Shown piece after piece: positions 9,885-19,484 of a stretch of DNA of 64,000 nucleotides. Each line of letters starts with the position of its first letter. Within the stretch, counting starts at the first letter, position 1. The notes below the pieces were generated by a model that saw nothing but the letters and a program-made list of their open reading frames with translations, did no database searches and was not told the DNA's origin. Where the stretch lies: the IMG/VR virus record IMGVR_UViG_3300017613_000561, positions 28,448 to 92,447 of that record; one strand, written 5' to 3'. Origin of the DNA: a virus. The position numbers and the translations under genes were made by a program.

Positions 9885-10263
9885 GAACCCCTTTGTCCCC
9901 GGCAATGATTCGGACCATGGTGGGAACTCAGAGGTACGGGTTGCGGAAAGTTTAGGTGCAGAGACGACTATGGCTAGTGGTGCAATGCCGGGGGATAAAG
10001 GTGATTTTGACTTGGAGGCCGGGGAGCATTATTCCTTTAAAGGTGAGTGTAAAGCCACCAGGAATGAAAGCATGTCCCTTAAGTTGTCTTGGCTACATAA
10101 GATAAGATTGGAGGCCTTGGAAGTTAATAAACTACCTTGCCTTACAGTGTCGTTTGTAACCCCAACTGGGGAGGCGAAAGACAATGGAGATTGGGTGCTC
10201 GTACCGGCTAGAGTATTCAAAGAAGTGTTTACTAATAATGGAGATAATGATGACTGCGATTAA
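9811..10263 (+). CDS. PD-(D/E)XK nuclease, Holliday-junction-resolvase-like (start uncertain)
   Basis: E..VA..LG, SGA..GDKGD..ECKAT motif. Confidence 0.6.
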   Translation: MVWLARFMDYPRSLMMWKRKTTKNKNPFVPGNDSDHGGNSEVRVAESLGAETTMASGAMPGDKGDFDLEAGEHYSFKGECKATRNESMSLKLSWLHKIRLEALEVNKLPCLTVSFVTPTGEAKDNGDWVLVPARVFKEVFTNNGDNDDCD

Positions 10264-10543
10264 AAAGCTACAGGTGTACCAGACCTCTGATGGGTCTGTT
10301 TATGAAGATGAGAACGAGGCTCTACGACATCAGGCCATGTTGGACTCAGGGGCTAGGGTGGACGATTACCTGAACGGGTTGAAGATCAGTGAGCAGGCCA
10401 AGGCTAGACGCAAGACCACCATTCTGGAGTGGGTTGCCTATGAAGCCGGGTTGCCTGTGGATGTTGGGGAAGAGGATACGCCTAAGAAAGAGTCCCCGGG
10501 TGCTGCCAAGAAAGAGGATGCTAAAAAGAAAGCTGCTGAGTAA
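10247..10543 (+). CDS. Hypothetical protein
   Basis: GGAG RBS; YQTSDGSVYEDENEALRH motif. Confidence 0.6.
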   Translation: MMTAIKKLQVYQTSDGSVYEDENEALRHQAMLDSGARVDDYLNGLKISEQAKARRKTTILEWVAYEAGLPVDVGEEDTPKKESPGAAKKEDAKKKAAE

Positions 10544-11481
10544 TGAAATTTGCTAAGAAGCTGTCGGAGCATATGCCCAAGGAAGGGCTTAAGCTCCATA
10601 TACATCGGTTGCTGGCTGGGTGGGACAAGCCTAGACCAGTAACGCATATTCATGCCAGTGATTTGACCAAGATGGATAAGAACACGGAGTATTGTCCCCG
10701 GGAGTTTGCACTTCTCCAACTCACAGGGTACAAGGCCAAGGACAGGTTCATAGGTACCAGTTTACAATACACTTTTGATATGGGCAGGCTATTAGAGCAC
10801 CAGATGCAAAATGTGTATGCCAAAGATATAGCCATAGGTGAATGGTTATGTTTCCACTGCAGTAAGAAGACTTCTTTTGGGAGCCATCCCGGTACTTGTA
10901 CGGTGTGTAACCGTAAGGATTGGAACTATATTGAGCCCAGATTTATGTCCCAATATTGTGGTGCGAGTGGCGGTATAGATTTGTTGGTAAAACTAAAGGG
11001 GGAGAAAAAGTTACGGTTGGTAGAAGTGAAGAGCATAGACAAGGATATGTATAAGCAGTTGGTAGCTCCATTAGCTGAACATACGCTAAGAACCAATCTG
11101 TACCTGCGGCTGGTAGAGGAGAGTAACTCCCCGTTCAAAGATATGGTGAACACCAAGGAAGGAATGGTGTTTTACATGTGTAAAGGTTTTGGGACTCAAG
11201 ATAATAGTCTGACTGATTTTGCTGTAACAGATGCTGGGTTCAGCCCGTTTAAGGAGTTCTTTGTTGGGCGCAATGATTCGGACACAGATGCGTTGGTAGA
11301 GCTGTCCCGGCAGTTGTTTGCCTGGAGAAATAAAGCGGCCGGTGTACCGCCCCCGATATGCTCCCATGGTATGTGTCCCCGGGCTAAAAAGTGCAAGGTA
11401 GCTAAGGTGTGTTGGTCTGGAGAATATCCTCCAGGGGCCAAAATATATCTGGAGGATAAAAATGAAAGTACTGGGGCTTGA
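10543..11481 (+). CDS. Cas4-like/PD-(D/E)XK exonuclease with Cys ligands
   Basis: N-terminal CPR, GGIDLL..LVEVKS, C-terminal C-x4-C-x5-C-x5-C. Confidence 0.75.
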   Translation: MKFAKKLSEHMPKEGLKLHIHRLLAGWDKPRPVTHIHASDLTKMDKNTEYCPREFALLQLTGYKAKDRFIGTSLQYTFDMGRLLEHQMQNVYAKDIAIGEWLCFHCSKKTSFGSHPGTCTVCNRKDWNYIEPRFMSQYCGASGGIDLLVKLKGEKKLRLVEVKSIDKDMYKQLVAPLAEHTLRTNLYLRLVEESNSPFKDMVNTKEGMVFYMCKGFGTQDNSLTDFAVTDAGFSPFKEFFVGRNDSDTDALVELSRQLFAWRNKAAGVPPPICSHGMCPRAKKCKVAKVCWSGEYPPGAKIYLEDKNESTGA

Positions 11482-12013
11482 TACCTCCACCAAAACTGGG
11501 GCAGTAGTTGTTGATTTCTTTGGGCATGATGGCCCTATAACAAATGGGTTTAAAATCTTGTTTGCTGAGGAGTTGGAGCATAAGAAGCTAAAGGATTTGG
11601 AACGCTGCGCTGCTTTAGCTGGGGATGTGATTGAGATTATGGAAACGCATACCCCTGATCTGGCTGTGATTGAAGGCTACGGGTATGGGAACGCAAATAC
11701 GCTGGTTACCTTGGTGGAGATAGGTACTATCATCAGGTACTTTCTGAAACAGTACCAGCTGCCCTATGTAGTGGTGGCCCCAACCACACTAAAGAAGTTT
11801 GTGACGGGTAAGGGTAATGCCACTAAAGATCAGATGATGCTGCAGGTTTACAAGCGTTGGAGGTACGAGGCAGACACCAACAATATTGCAGATGCAGTGG
11901 GCCTTGCTATGACAGGAGGTGCGTTGTATGGGCACTTAGACATGCCCAAGCAGAACATGGAGGCTTTAAAACCACTGCGTAGAGAACTACCTTCACTATC
12001 CCTCAGCACTTAA
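11462..12013 (+). CDS. ruvC: RuvC-like Holliday junction resolvase
   Basis: VLGLDTST, AVIEGY, KKFVTGKGNATKDQM, NIADAVGLA motifs. Confidence 0.85.
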   Translation: MKVLGLDTSTKTGAVVVDFFGHDGPITNGFKILFAEELEHKKLKDLERCAALAGDVIEIMETHTPDLAVIEGYGYGNANTLVTLVEIGTIIRYFLKQYQLPYVVVAPTTLKKFVTGKGNATKDQMMLQVYKRWRYEADTNNIADAVGLAMTGGALYGHLDMPKQNMEALKPLRRELPSLSLST

Positions 12014-12078
12014 GTGCAAAACTAATTAAGAACTTAAGTGCAAAACTATTTGACAAACGCAGTTAGCTATGTCATAGT
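12006..12078 (+). promoter_or_regulatory. Promoter preceded by two tandem GCACTTAAGTGC-type palindromes
   Basis: Sites at 12006-12017 and 12030-12041 (17-bp direct repeat ACTTAAGTGCAAAACTA); TTGACA 12050-12055, N17, CATAGT 12073-12078. Confidence 0.75.
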
Positions 12079-12124
12079 TAAGACACGGTTAACAACTTTT
12101 ACACGTAACGTAAGTAAGGAGAAT

Positions 12125-12994
12125 ATGATGGCTGAGTCACCCACAATGAAAGTCCTGACTAAAGGACAGAAGGACGGGAATAAAGCAACTGCAAAGACCA
12201 CCAAGGCCCCCGCTAAGAAGGCTGTGAAAACCACCAAGTCCAAGGTCAAGACCGGTGAGGTGGTGGGTAAAGATCTGATTCTGGACACAGTACAAGAGTT
12301 GGAGAACATGAACCAAGCGGCCACCCTTAAAGGTGTCAGGGCTTGTTTGGAAACAGCTGGTTATAGTAATTTCCAGTTGGGTGGGCTATTGCAGCGCATC
12401 CAGGAAGAAGGCTGGTGGGATAACGGAGAGCATGAATCCTTCAAGGACTTTATTCAGGCGGAGTATGGTTTGGGCCTGCGTAAAGCTGCTTACCTCATGG
12501 CGATATATACCGGGCTGGTTGAATCCGGTGTCAAGTGGGAGCAGGTTCAGGCTCTGGGTTGGACCAAGCTGCGTGAACTGGTCTCTATGCTGACTGTAGA
12601 TAATGTTGATGAATGGGTGGAGAAGGCCAAGGAGATGACCACTCTGCAGTTGATCGAATACATCAAGGCAGAGAAGGCACAGGGTAAGGGTGATAAAGAT
12701 GCACCTACCAAGGAAGAGGCACAGAAGATCAAGACCAAGACCTTCAAGCTCCATGCTGACCAGCTGGAGACCGTAGACACAGCACTTGAACGGGCTCGGG
12801 AAGAGGGTGAGACGGAGTATGACACGGTAGCACTTGATTACATCTGCATGCGGTACCTCAGTAATGATGCAGGTAAGGCCAAGACGACTAAGCCGCCTAC
12901 TTTGGAGAAGCAGTTCAAAGAAGCCGGTGTTGATAAGGTGCTGGAAGCCTTTGAAGAGGCGTTTCCAGAGTGCAACATCACGGTAGCTATGTAA
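12125..12994 (+). CDS. Putative DNA-binding protein
   Basis: Lys-rich N-terminus; SFKDFIQAEYGLGLRKAAYLM HTH-like segment; LGWTKLREL. Confidence 0.55.
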   Translation: MMAESPTMKVLTKGQKDGNKATAKTTKAPAKKAVKTTKSKVKTGEVVGKDLILDTVQELENMNQAATLKGVRACLETAGYSNFQLGGLLQRIQEEGWWDNGEHESFKDFIQAEYGLGLRKAAYLMAIYTGLVESGVKWEQVQALGWTKLRELVSMLTVDNVDEWVEKAKEMTTLQLIEYIKAEKAQGKGDKDAPTKEEAQKIKTKTFKLHADQLETVDTALERAREEGETEYDTVALDYICMRYLSNDAGKAKTTKPPTLEKQFKEAGVDKVLEAFEEAFPECNITVAM

Positions 12995-13246
12995 TTACCG
13001 GTGGGGGGCAAGAATGCCCCCCTATAGGATCAAGGAGAATAGATATGTTGTTTCTTAATCAGGTATATGTTCCAGGGATTCTGTATGAACACATCAGGGT
13101 TTTCCATATCGTAACAGGACTGCTGTTGACGGCGGTCACTGGTTGGTGGGCCTTCATTCTAGTTGTACAGGTGTTCTATGCTATTTGGGTTGCCTTTGAG
13201 AGGAATGATCTGCGTAAGGGCAGCACCATTTAGTAAGGAGGGGATC

Positions 13247-13651
13247 GTGAAGGTTATATGTCCGTATTGCGATAATCCGGCAGAGCTGGTGGATGGAACA
13301 ACGGTTTACCCACACAGGCCCGATCTAGGGCACTTGAAGTTTTGGAATTGTGCCCCTTGTAATGCCTACGTAGGAACACATAAGAATAGTCGTAGACATA
13401 AGCCATTAGGAAGATTAGCCAATGCAGAACTTAGAAACTGGAAAGGTTTTGCCCACGGTGCTTTCGATCCCTTATGGGAGACCATGGTAATACGGGATAA
13501 CATTAAGGCAGTAAAGGCCAGAGGTAGAGCCTACAAGTGGTTGGCTGCACAACTGGAGATAGATATTAAGGATTGTCATATTGGGATGTTTGATGTGGCT
13601 ATGTGTAAAAGAGTGGTAGGTCTTTGTCATAGAACGCGGGTCATTATGTAA
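13247..13651 (+). CDS. DUF3268-like zinc-finger protein
   Basis: CPYC...CAPCNAYVGTH...PLGRLA...AHGAFDPLW...CHIGMF; GTG start after AGGAGG. Confidence 0.75.
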   Translation: MKVICPYCDNPAELVDGTTVYPHRPDLGHLKFWNCAPCNAYVGTHKNSRRHKPLGRLANAELRNWKGFAHGAFDPLWETMVIRDNIKAVKARGRAYKWLAAQLEIDIKDCHIGMFDVAMCKRVVGLCHRTRVIM

Positions 13652-13859
13652 CGTAAATTATCAGGAGGGATCATGCCATATTTCAGGGTAACGTGGGAGA
13701 TGTATTTTGAAACAGACACACCACAGGAAGCAGCAGAGGAGGCTTTGAGGGTACAGCGAGATCCAGCCTCAGAAGCTACCTGCTTTGTTGTAGTCAACAT
13801 GGGTACTGGGGATCAGATGTATGTTGACATAGATATAGTAGATCCATAGGGAGATTATC

Positions 13860-14177
13860 ATGGGTAAGATTGCACAATTAGAAGAAAGCCTGACAATTGT
13901 CACTAATGAGTTGGAGAAGGCTAAGATTGAGTGTAGAGGTTTTGAACGCTCAGTAAAAGAACAGCAACGTATGCGGCAGGAGGCGGAGTCTGAGCTTACC
14001 TGCCTTAGGACACAGTTGGGTGACATACAGAAGGCTATCCAGTTAGTAACTGCCATAACGTATCCAGAAGCAGAACTGTACTCTGCGGAAGTATATATGC
14101 CTGCAGGTGGGCTAAAAGCTAAGGCAGAAGACGAGGAGCTGAGATTCCTTAGGTACATTTATAAGTTGTGCCGGTAA
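13860..14177 (+). CDS. Coiled-coil hypothetical protein
   Basis: 105-aa ORF with GGGAG RBS. Confidence 0.55.
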   Translation: MGKIAQLEESLTIVTNELEKAKIECRGFERSVKEQQRMRQEAESELTCLRTQLGDIQKAIQLVTAITYPEAELYSAEVYMPAGGLKAKAEDEELRFLRYIYKLCR

Positions 14178-14183
14178 TACTAT

Positions 14184-14212
14184 TTGACAAACGTCCCTCT
14201 AATTAGTACAGT
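14184..14212 (+). promoter_or_regulatory. sigma70-type promoter
   Basis: TTGACA-N17-TACAGT. Confidence 0.7.
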
Positions 14213-14241
14213 ATTAGGACAATAACACCCTAGGAGGGCTT

Positions 14242-14424
14242 ATGCCTAACCAACTTTTGCGTCTCCCCAGTGGCCATATTTTTATCCCGCTACATGATGA
14301 TGAGCTAGATAAATACCACACCATTTATCATTTTAGTTACCGTGGTGCTGTAGGTTTGCTTGGAAAATTAGCCCCAACCAGCCTAAATGGGTGGGAAGTG
14401 GTAGCTGTATATATAGAGGAGTAG
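14242..14424 (+). CDS. Small hypothetical protein
   Basis: 60-aa ORF with own promoter and GGAGG RBS. Confidence 0.55.
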   Translation: MPNQLLRLPSGHIFIPLHDDELDKYHTIYHFSYRGAVGLLGKLAPTSLNGWEVVAVYIEE

Positions 14425-14438
14425 GAAGTTATTATTGT

Positions 14439-14467
14439 TTGACAAACGTACAACTATACAGCATAGT
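14439..14467 (+). promoter_or_regulatory. sigma70-type promoter
   Basis: TTGACA-N17-CATAGT, followed by AAGCTAGGAGC RBS at 14487. Confidence 0.7.
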
Positions 14468-14501
14468 ATAGTTAGGGTACACATAAAAGCTAGGAGCTAA
14501 A

Positions 14502-15662
14502 ATGAAGCAGCTAGTAATATCAATGACAGATCCAAGTAAGAAGTATGAGGTGGACCTGGAGAAGGAAACCTGTAATTGTCCAGCCTATGCTAAGGGTAAG
14601 ACTCGCCCCTGTAAGCATCTGGTTGAGCTGGGAGTTAAGCCAAAAAAGAAGAAGGTAGTCACCAGCTATGTGAAGTCAGCTATCCAGAAGGCCTACCGTA
14701 GGAATGATCAGCCATTGTTAATCTGGAGCTTTAACTGGCTCTGGAAGAATGAGCGTAACTGGATCTGGTGGAGATACATGGTGCTACCAGCAGAAGACCA
14801 CTGGAAGGGTGTGGTGGAGATGGGCAGGGCTCATGATGAAGCTAAGATGGTCTATAAGCATGATCCTGTGGGGGCCAAGCATTTATTGCTATGTGGGTTG
14901 TTGAACACGATGGCTCAGAAGAAGAGTCAGGATTCTAACGGGATTCGCCAGTTAGCTGATGTAGTCAGATCTACTAGCCAGGTTAAGACCCCGCACTTGA
15001 TGGGGGCCATTATTAAGAAAGTAGATGTATCCCAGATGTTGTTCTTTGAGTTTTACCGCAGTATTTCTGACCCAGTAGCCGTTGATGCTAAGGGTCTGAT
15101 ATCCCCCATTGTTTGGGAGACTATCTGGCATAAGGTAGCTGAACTGAAAGAGTCGGGTATTAGTCTGGGGAAGTACGTAGATCTGTGTGATGGGATCAAG
15201 GCTATGCAGTACCGCGCAGCCATGGGGGGAGGCCCAGGATACACCACTCTGTTTCTGGCAGTAATTGCCCTCCAACTCTACTACACAGAGCTGGGACGAT
15301 CTATTACAGGGGAGCCTAGTGATGAGGTTCTGTCTTCTGGGGAATGGATTACCCCGCATGTAACCCCGCCGTGGTGCTGCTTGGATATGCATACAGGGCC
15401 TGGGAAGAGAGTGTTGGGCTACATCACCAAGATTGTCAGTAACACGCATATGGATGGTGCCGAATGTAAGGCAGCAGTAGAAGAGATTTGGTTCATAAAT
15501 GAAACCGCGCTGGTGAACGAAACCGATGAAGACAGTGTTTGGTGGAAGCTGGGATGTAACGCCTATCTGATCCAGCACGGAGTAAAGCCAAAAGAGATGA
15601 AGAAACTTTGGGACGAGAAGTTGAGAGATATCGTCCGTAAGAAGATCATATTGTGGAGCTAG
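14502..15662 (+). CDS. SWIM zinc-finger protein with RarA/MgsA-like helical region
   Basis: CNCPAY..PCKH (SWIM); KSAIQKAYRR..AED and LDMHTGPGK motifs. Confidence 0.55.
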   Translation: MKQLVISMTDPSKKYEVDLEKETCNCPAYAKGKTRPCKHLVELGVKPKKKKVVTSYVKSAIQKAYRRNDQPLLIWSFNWLWKNERNWIWWRYMVLPAEDHWKGVVEMGRAHDEAKMVYKHDPVGAKHLLLCGLLNTMAQKKSQDSNGIRQLADVVRSTSQVKTPHLMGAIIKKVDVSQMLFFEFYRSISDPVAVDAKGLISPIVWETIWHKVAELKESGISLGKYVDLCDGIKAMQYRAAMGGGPGYTTLFLAVIALQLYYTELGRSITGEPSDEVLSSGEWITPHVTPPWCCLDMHTGPGKRVLGYITKIVSNTHMDGAECKAAVEEIWFINETALVNETDEDSVWWKLGCNAYLIQHGVKPKEMKKLWDEKLRDIVRKKIILWS

Positions 15663-15882
15663 TGCACTCAAGTGCAGAGGATCAGAAGATGGATAGAAAC
15701 GAGCTGATAGAACGCATAGTAGCGGTGATGGACGATTGGGACCGGGATACCTTACTAGCGTGGGCCAAGACAGAGAGGCGGGAGGATCTTGATAGGTTGG
15801 AGGATGAAGACATCAGGAACATCGCTGACACTGTACTTGGGGACTGGGAGCAGGAAGAGTACGACAACGAGGGTTAGAACCA

Positions 15883-16317
15883 ATGGAATTTCCGATAACA
15901 GTAGAAAGCATAAAGGTCATCAACAAGGCCTACGAGCCCAGTAATTTTATGGCGGGGGCTGAGGTGGGAGACTTTGTATCTATCAGACCCTGCGCGGAGG
16001 AGTATGAGAATAAGACTTTCCTGGGTATATACATAGGGGAGATAAGTGTTGGGACCGCACACTTCTTTGAAGCATCGGATGATGAGTACCTTAAGGGGGT
16101 GTTGGAGCTAATGCATAACACCAACCCAGCTATCTTTGTACCCAACCTGAACAAGGTGATCTTTGGATGCGAGAGTTGGTGGGGTGTGATTAAGGATGAG
16201 TCCCACCTAAAGCAGATCACGGACGAGGACATAGAAAACGTCTGGTATGTAAAAGCCCTGAAAGCCATAGCAGAGACGCGGGAGAAAAAGGAGAACAGTA
16301 ATGGCGATAAGCTTTGA
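15883..16317 (+). CDS. Hypothetical phage protein
   Basis: 144-aa ORF, NPAIFVP..IFGCESWWG motif. Confidence 0.6.
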   Translation: MEFPITVESIKVINKAYEPSNFMAGAEVGDFVSIRPCAEEYENKTFLGIYIGEISVGTAHFFEASDDEYLKGVLELMHNTNPAIFVPNLNKVIFGCESWWGVIKDESHLKQITDEDIENVWYVKALKAIAETREKKENSNGDKL

Positions 16318-16700
16318 GGTTTCTAAACACGTTGATGGGCAGTTATGTATACAGATGAAGTCCACATACCCAGATGATTGCTTCAAGATGGGGAGGGTAT
16401 ATGCAGACATTATCACTCTTGGTGGCGGCGAGATATCGGATATTGTTCAGGGTGATTGGGGACAGGGTAAGTTCATACGCATACCGCTTGCTGGTAAAGC
16501 CAAAGAAGATTAAGACATACCATACTGACATAGGTAGACACCTAAGGTAGTTCCCTATAGTATGGCTATTGTCTTGAGACAAAGCTTGAGACAAAAAACC
16601 GGTACCAGCATTGAAAGGTGAAACCCCACCAGTATAGGGCCAAATCGGTGGGTTGGTGTTTTGGGATCGGGAGACTAATACTAATAACTGCGAGGGGTCT

Positions 16701-17846
16701 ATGAATATTGATTTGTGGGACAGAGTAGTACCGTACTTCAAGCCGTATGTAACGCCAGAGATGGGGGAGGCAGTAGCTAAGACAGTAGCCAGTGGTTGGC
16801 TGACCACCGGTAAGAAGGTAAAGGAACTGGAAAGTGAGTTCCAGAAGATGTTTCCTTCCAAGCAGGTACTGATGACGAACTCAGCTACAGCCGCCTCCCT
16901 TATCGCATTTGACGCCCTAGATCTGAGATGGTCTGAAGTAATCACCACACCGTACACGTTCAGCTCACCAGCTATGATGCTCCACCATTTGGGCGCTAAG
17001 CTTGTCATGGTTGACATTGATCCCAACACATTCAATATCGACCCCCACAAGGTACTGGACGCTGTAAACCCTAATACGAAAGCCATACTGCTCACCCACT
17101 TCGGTGGACGGGCCTGTGACTTGACAAGTATTTATGAGATAGCCAGTCAGTGTAACCTCAAGGTGATAGAAGACTGTGCTCATGCATTGCCTGCACGGTA
17201 CAAGGGCAGAACAGTGGGAGACATGGAGGCAGACGCTTCCTTTTTCAGCTTCTATGCCAACAAGACCATGACCACGGGCGAGGGGGGCATGCTGCTTTTG
17301 AAGGATGGAGCTGTAGCTGAGCATGCACGTAAGTTGTTGCTGCATGGATTTTCCACAGATGCCTATGACCGGTACACGAACTCAGGTGCGTCCTGGTTCT
17401 ATGATGTTGGAGTCGCCGGGTGGAAGGCCAATATGACAGATGTGGCTGCTACGCTGGGCTTGGAGCAGTTACGGTATTTGTACAGCATGTCAGATGATAG
17501 AACCCGAGTTGCAGAGATGTACACGTTGGCCCTGAAATCCTTGGAGTTGCACTGCCCGAGATTCACTTACGATTCAGCATGGCATGTATACCCGATCCTG
17601 GTGGATGCTGCCTACCGTGATGCCTTTATTGAGAGCATGAAGGAGAAAGGCGTTCACTGTTCAGTGCACTTCCGGCCGATAAACCAGCATTCCTTTTGGA
17701 AGGAAGTATTGCCTAGACACAGTACCCCAGTATCTGACAGTGTTGGAGCCCGAGTAGTGTCCCTGCCTATCTATCCGAACATGCCTATGGATAACGTGAC
17801 GTATGTAGTACGGGCTGTAACCGCTACGTTGAAAGAATTTGTATGA
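16701..17846 (+). CDS. DegT/DnrJ/EryC1/StrS PLP-dependent sugar aminotransferase
   Basis: SGWLTTG, NSATAA, IEDCAHA, FSFYANKTMTTGEGG (PLP lysine), SLPIYP motifs. Confidence 0.95.
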   Translation: MNIDLWDRVVPYFKPYVTPEMGEAVAKTVASGWLTTGKKVKELESEFQKMFPSKQVLMTNSATAASLIAFDALDLRWSEVITTPYTFSSPAMMLHHLGAKLVMVDIDPNTFNIDPHKVLDAVNPNTKAILLTHFGGRACDLTSIYEIASQCNLKVIEDCAHALPARYKGRTVGDMEADASFFSFYANKTMTTGEGGMLLLKDGAVAEHARKLLLHGFSTDAYDRYTNSGASWFYDVGVAGWKANMTDVAATLGLEQLRYLYSMSDDRTRVAEMYTLALKSLELHCPRFTYDSAWHVYPILVDAAYRDAFIESMKEKGVHCSVHFRPINQHSFWKEVLPRHSTPVSDSVGARVVSLPIYPNMPMDNVTYVVRAVTATLKEFV

Positions 17847-18466
17847 CTCCGCAAGAATACGTCAGCAAGGTCATAACTTTTTCAGATAGGGCCTCATGGG
17901 AGATGGAAGTGCTCAGTGTTTTAGACTGGGCCAATGTCTGTGGGGTCTATGCTTTGGACTATGGTAGTGGTTCTGGAAAGCTATGCTCTATCCTGAAGCG
18001 GCACTATGACTTTCAGTATGTTTGTGGTGTTGACATAAACACTGGGTTGTTGGCATATGCCAGGAAGACATACCCAGCCTTTACGTTTACGAACCCCATA
18101 GCCTTGCTTAGCAGCCCAATGACCTATGATATGGTGACCATGTTTCATGTGTTGGGGCGTGTACCTAATCCAATAACCACTTTGCAGATGATCAGGAATG
18201 TTTTGGTCGATAGGGGTAGGTTGTTGATAGTGATTCCCAATAAGGTGTATGACACCCTGATGGTACCGTACAATACGGTTACGGGTTATAAGGGTGATCC
18301 TACTATTTGTCACAGCTGGACACGAAGAGAAGCCATGAAGCTATTGCGAGCTTGTGGGTTTATTGACCTGGAGTACACCTATTTTGGTGAGCCAGTTAAG
18401 GGGTTTCCAGATATCCCCTGTCTTAGGTCACGCATAGCTATTCATGGGGTTGTGGATGAGCGTTGA
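17843..18466 (+). CDS. Class I SAM-dependent methyltransferase
   Basis: LDYGSGSG, GVDIN, YDMVTMFHVL..VPNP motifs. Confidence 0.85.
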   Translation: MTPQEYVSKVITFSDRASWEMEVLSVLDWANVCGVYALDYGSGSGKLCSILKRHYDFQYVCGVDINTGLLAYARKTYPAFTFTNPIALLSSPMTYDMVTMFHVLGRVPNPITTLQMIRNVLVDRGRLLIVIPNKVYDTLMVPYNTVTGYKGDPTICHSWTRREAMKLLRACGFIDLEYTYFGEPVKGFPDIPCLRSRIAIHGVVDER

Positions 18467-19484
18467 AGGTAAGGTAGTGTTAGTCACAGGGGCAGGTGGG
18501 TCTATAGGAACCCGTCTGGTTAATGAGCTGTTGAATAACCCTAAGCCAAAGAGCCTTATACTTGTAGACCTGTGTGAGTACAATTTGTATCAGGTACAGC
18601 GAGTAGTCGAAGAATCCGGCGTAGCACTTAAGTGCAAGTACCTGTTGGCAGACATCCGGCACCGACATCTGATGGACTGTGTGTTTAGAGCAGAGGCCCC
18701 AGATGTGGTGTTTCACGCGGCAGCTCTGAAGCATGTTCCAATGTTGGAGACTCCGCATAATACGTTGGAGGCCATACGTACAAATATCCTGGGGACTAAG
18801 AATGTGCTGGACATGTCTGTGAGGTATGGAGCAGAACAGTTCCTACTGATATCGACAGATAAGGCCGTGAACCCTGTGTCCATGATGGGGGCCACCAAGA
18901 CCTTTGCTGAGGGCTATGTGCGGGAGGCAGCTACATCAGTCAGCCTGAATGTGTCCATAGTGCGCTTCGGTAATGTTCTTGGTAGTTCCGGGTCAGTAGT
19001 GCCTCTGTTTGCTCGTCAGGTTGCTGAGGGCGGGCCTGTAACCGTAACGCATCCAGATATCATTAGGTATTTCATGTCTATAGATGATGCTGTGCGTTTA
19101 GTAGTTGAATCCGCACACCTGACGATAGCTTCGCATAAGACCTCATGCACTTACGTGCTGAACATGGGAGATCCTGTGAAGATAGATGACTTGGCTAAGA
19201 AAATGATCTGGGAGTCGGGTAAGGATATAGCCATAAAGTACATAGGGCTCAGAGCCGGTGAGAAGATGGAGGAGGAGCTGCATTATGCTAATGAGTTCCT
19301 GGTACCGACAAGTCGTAAGAATATCAATATAGTACGGCAGAGCGACCACCTTAGAAGGGGGTTTGTTCGCGTAGCCAATGAGCTTGTTACCTTGTGTGAT
19401 GAACGTGAGTTGCCTGATGCCTTTGTTGCCATTAAAGAAAAAGTTCCGTATCAAGGAGATACGATATTATGCGAGAGTTTGTAG
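18456..19484 (+). CDS. UDP-GlcNAc 4,6-dehydratase (CapD/PglF/WbpM catalytic domain)
   Basis: VTGAGGSIG, FHAAALKHVP, ISTDKAVNP..MGATK, VRFGNVLGSSGSVVP, GLRAGEK motifs. Confidence 0.95.
   Translation: MSVEGKVVLVTGAGGSIGTRLVNELLNNPKPKSLILVDLCEYNLYQVQRVVEESGVALKCKYLLADIRHRHLMDCVFRAEAPDVVFHAAALKHVPMLETPHNTLEAIRTNILGTKNVLDMSVRYGAEQFLLISTDKAVNPVSMMGATKTFAEGYVREAATSVSLNVSIVRFGNVLGSSGSVVPLFARQVAEGGPVTVTHPDIIRYFMSIDDAVRLVVESAHLTIASHKTSCTYVLNMGDPVKIDDLAKKMIWESGKDIAIKYIGLRAGEKMEEELHYANEFLVPTSRKNINIVRQSDHLRRGFVRVANELVTLCDERELPDAFVAIKEKVPYQGDTILCESL

Noticed and set aside
10543-11481. Cas4-like gene as part of a CRISPR-Cas system
   Set aside because: No other cas genes or array; it sits between recA and ruvC as a recombination nuclease
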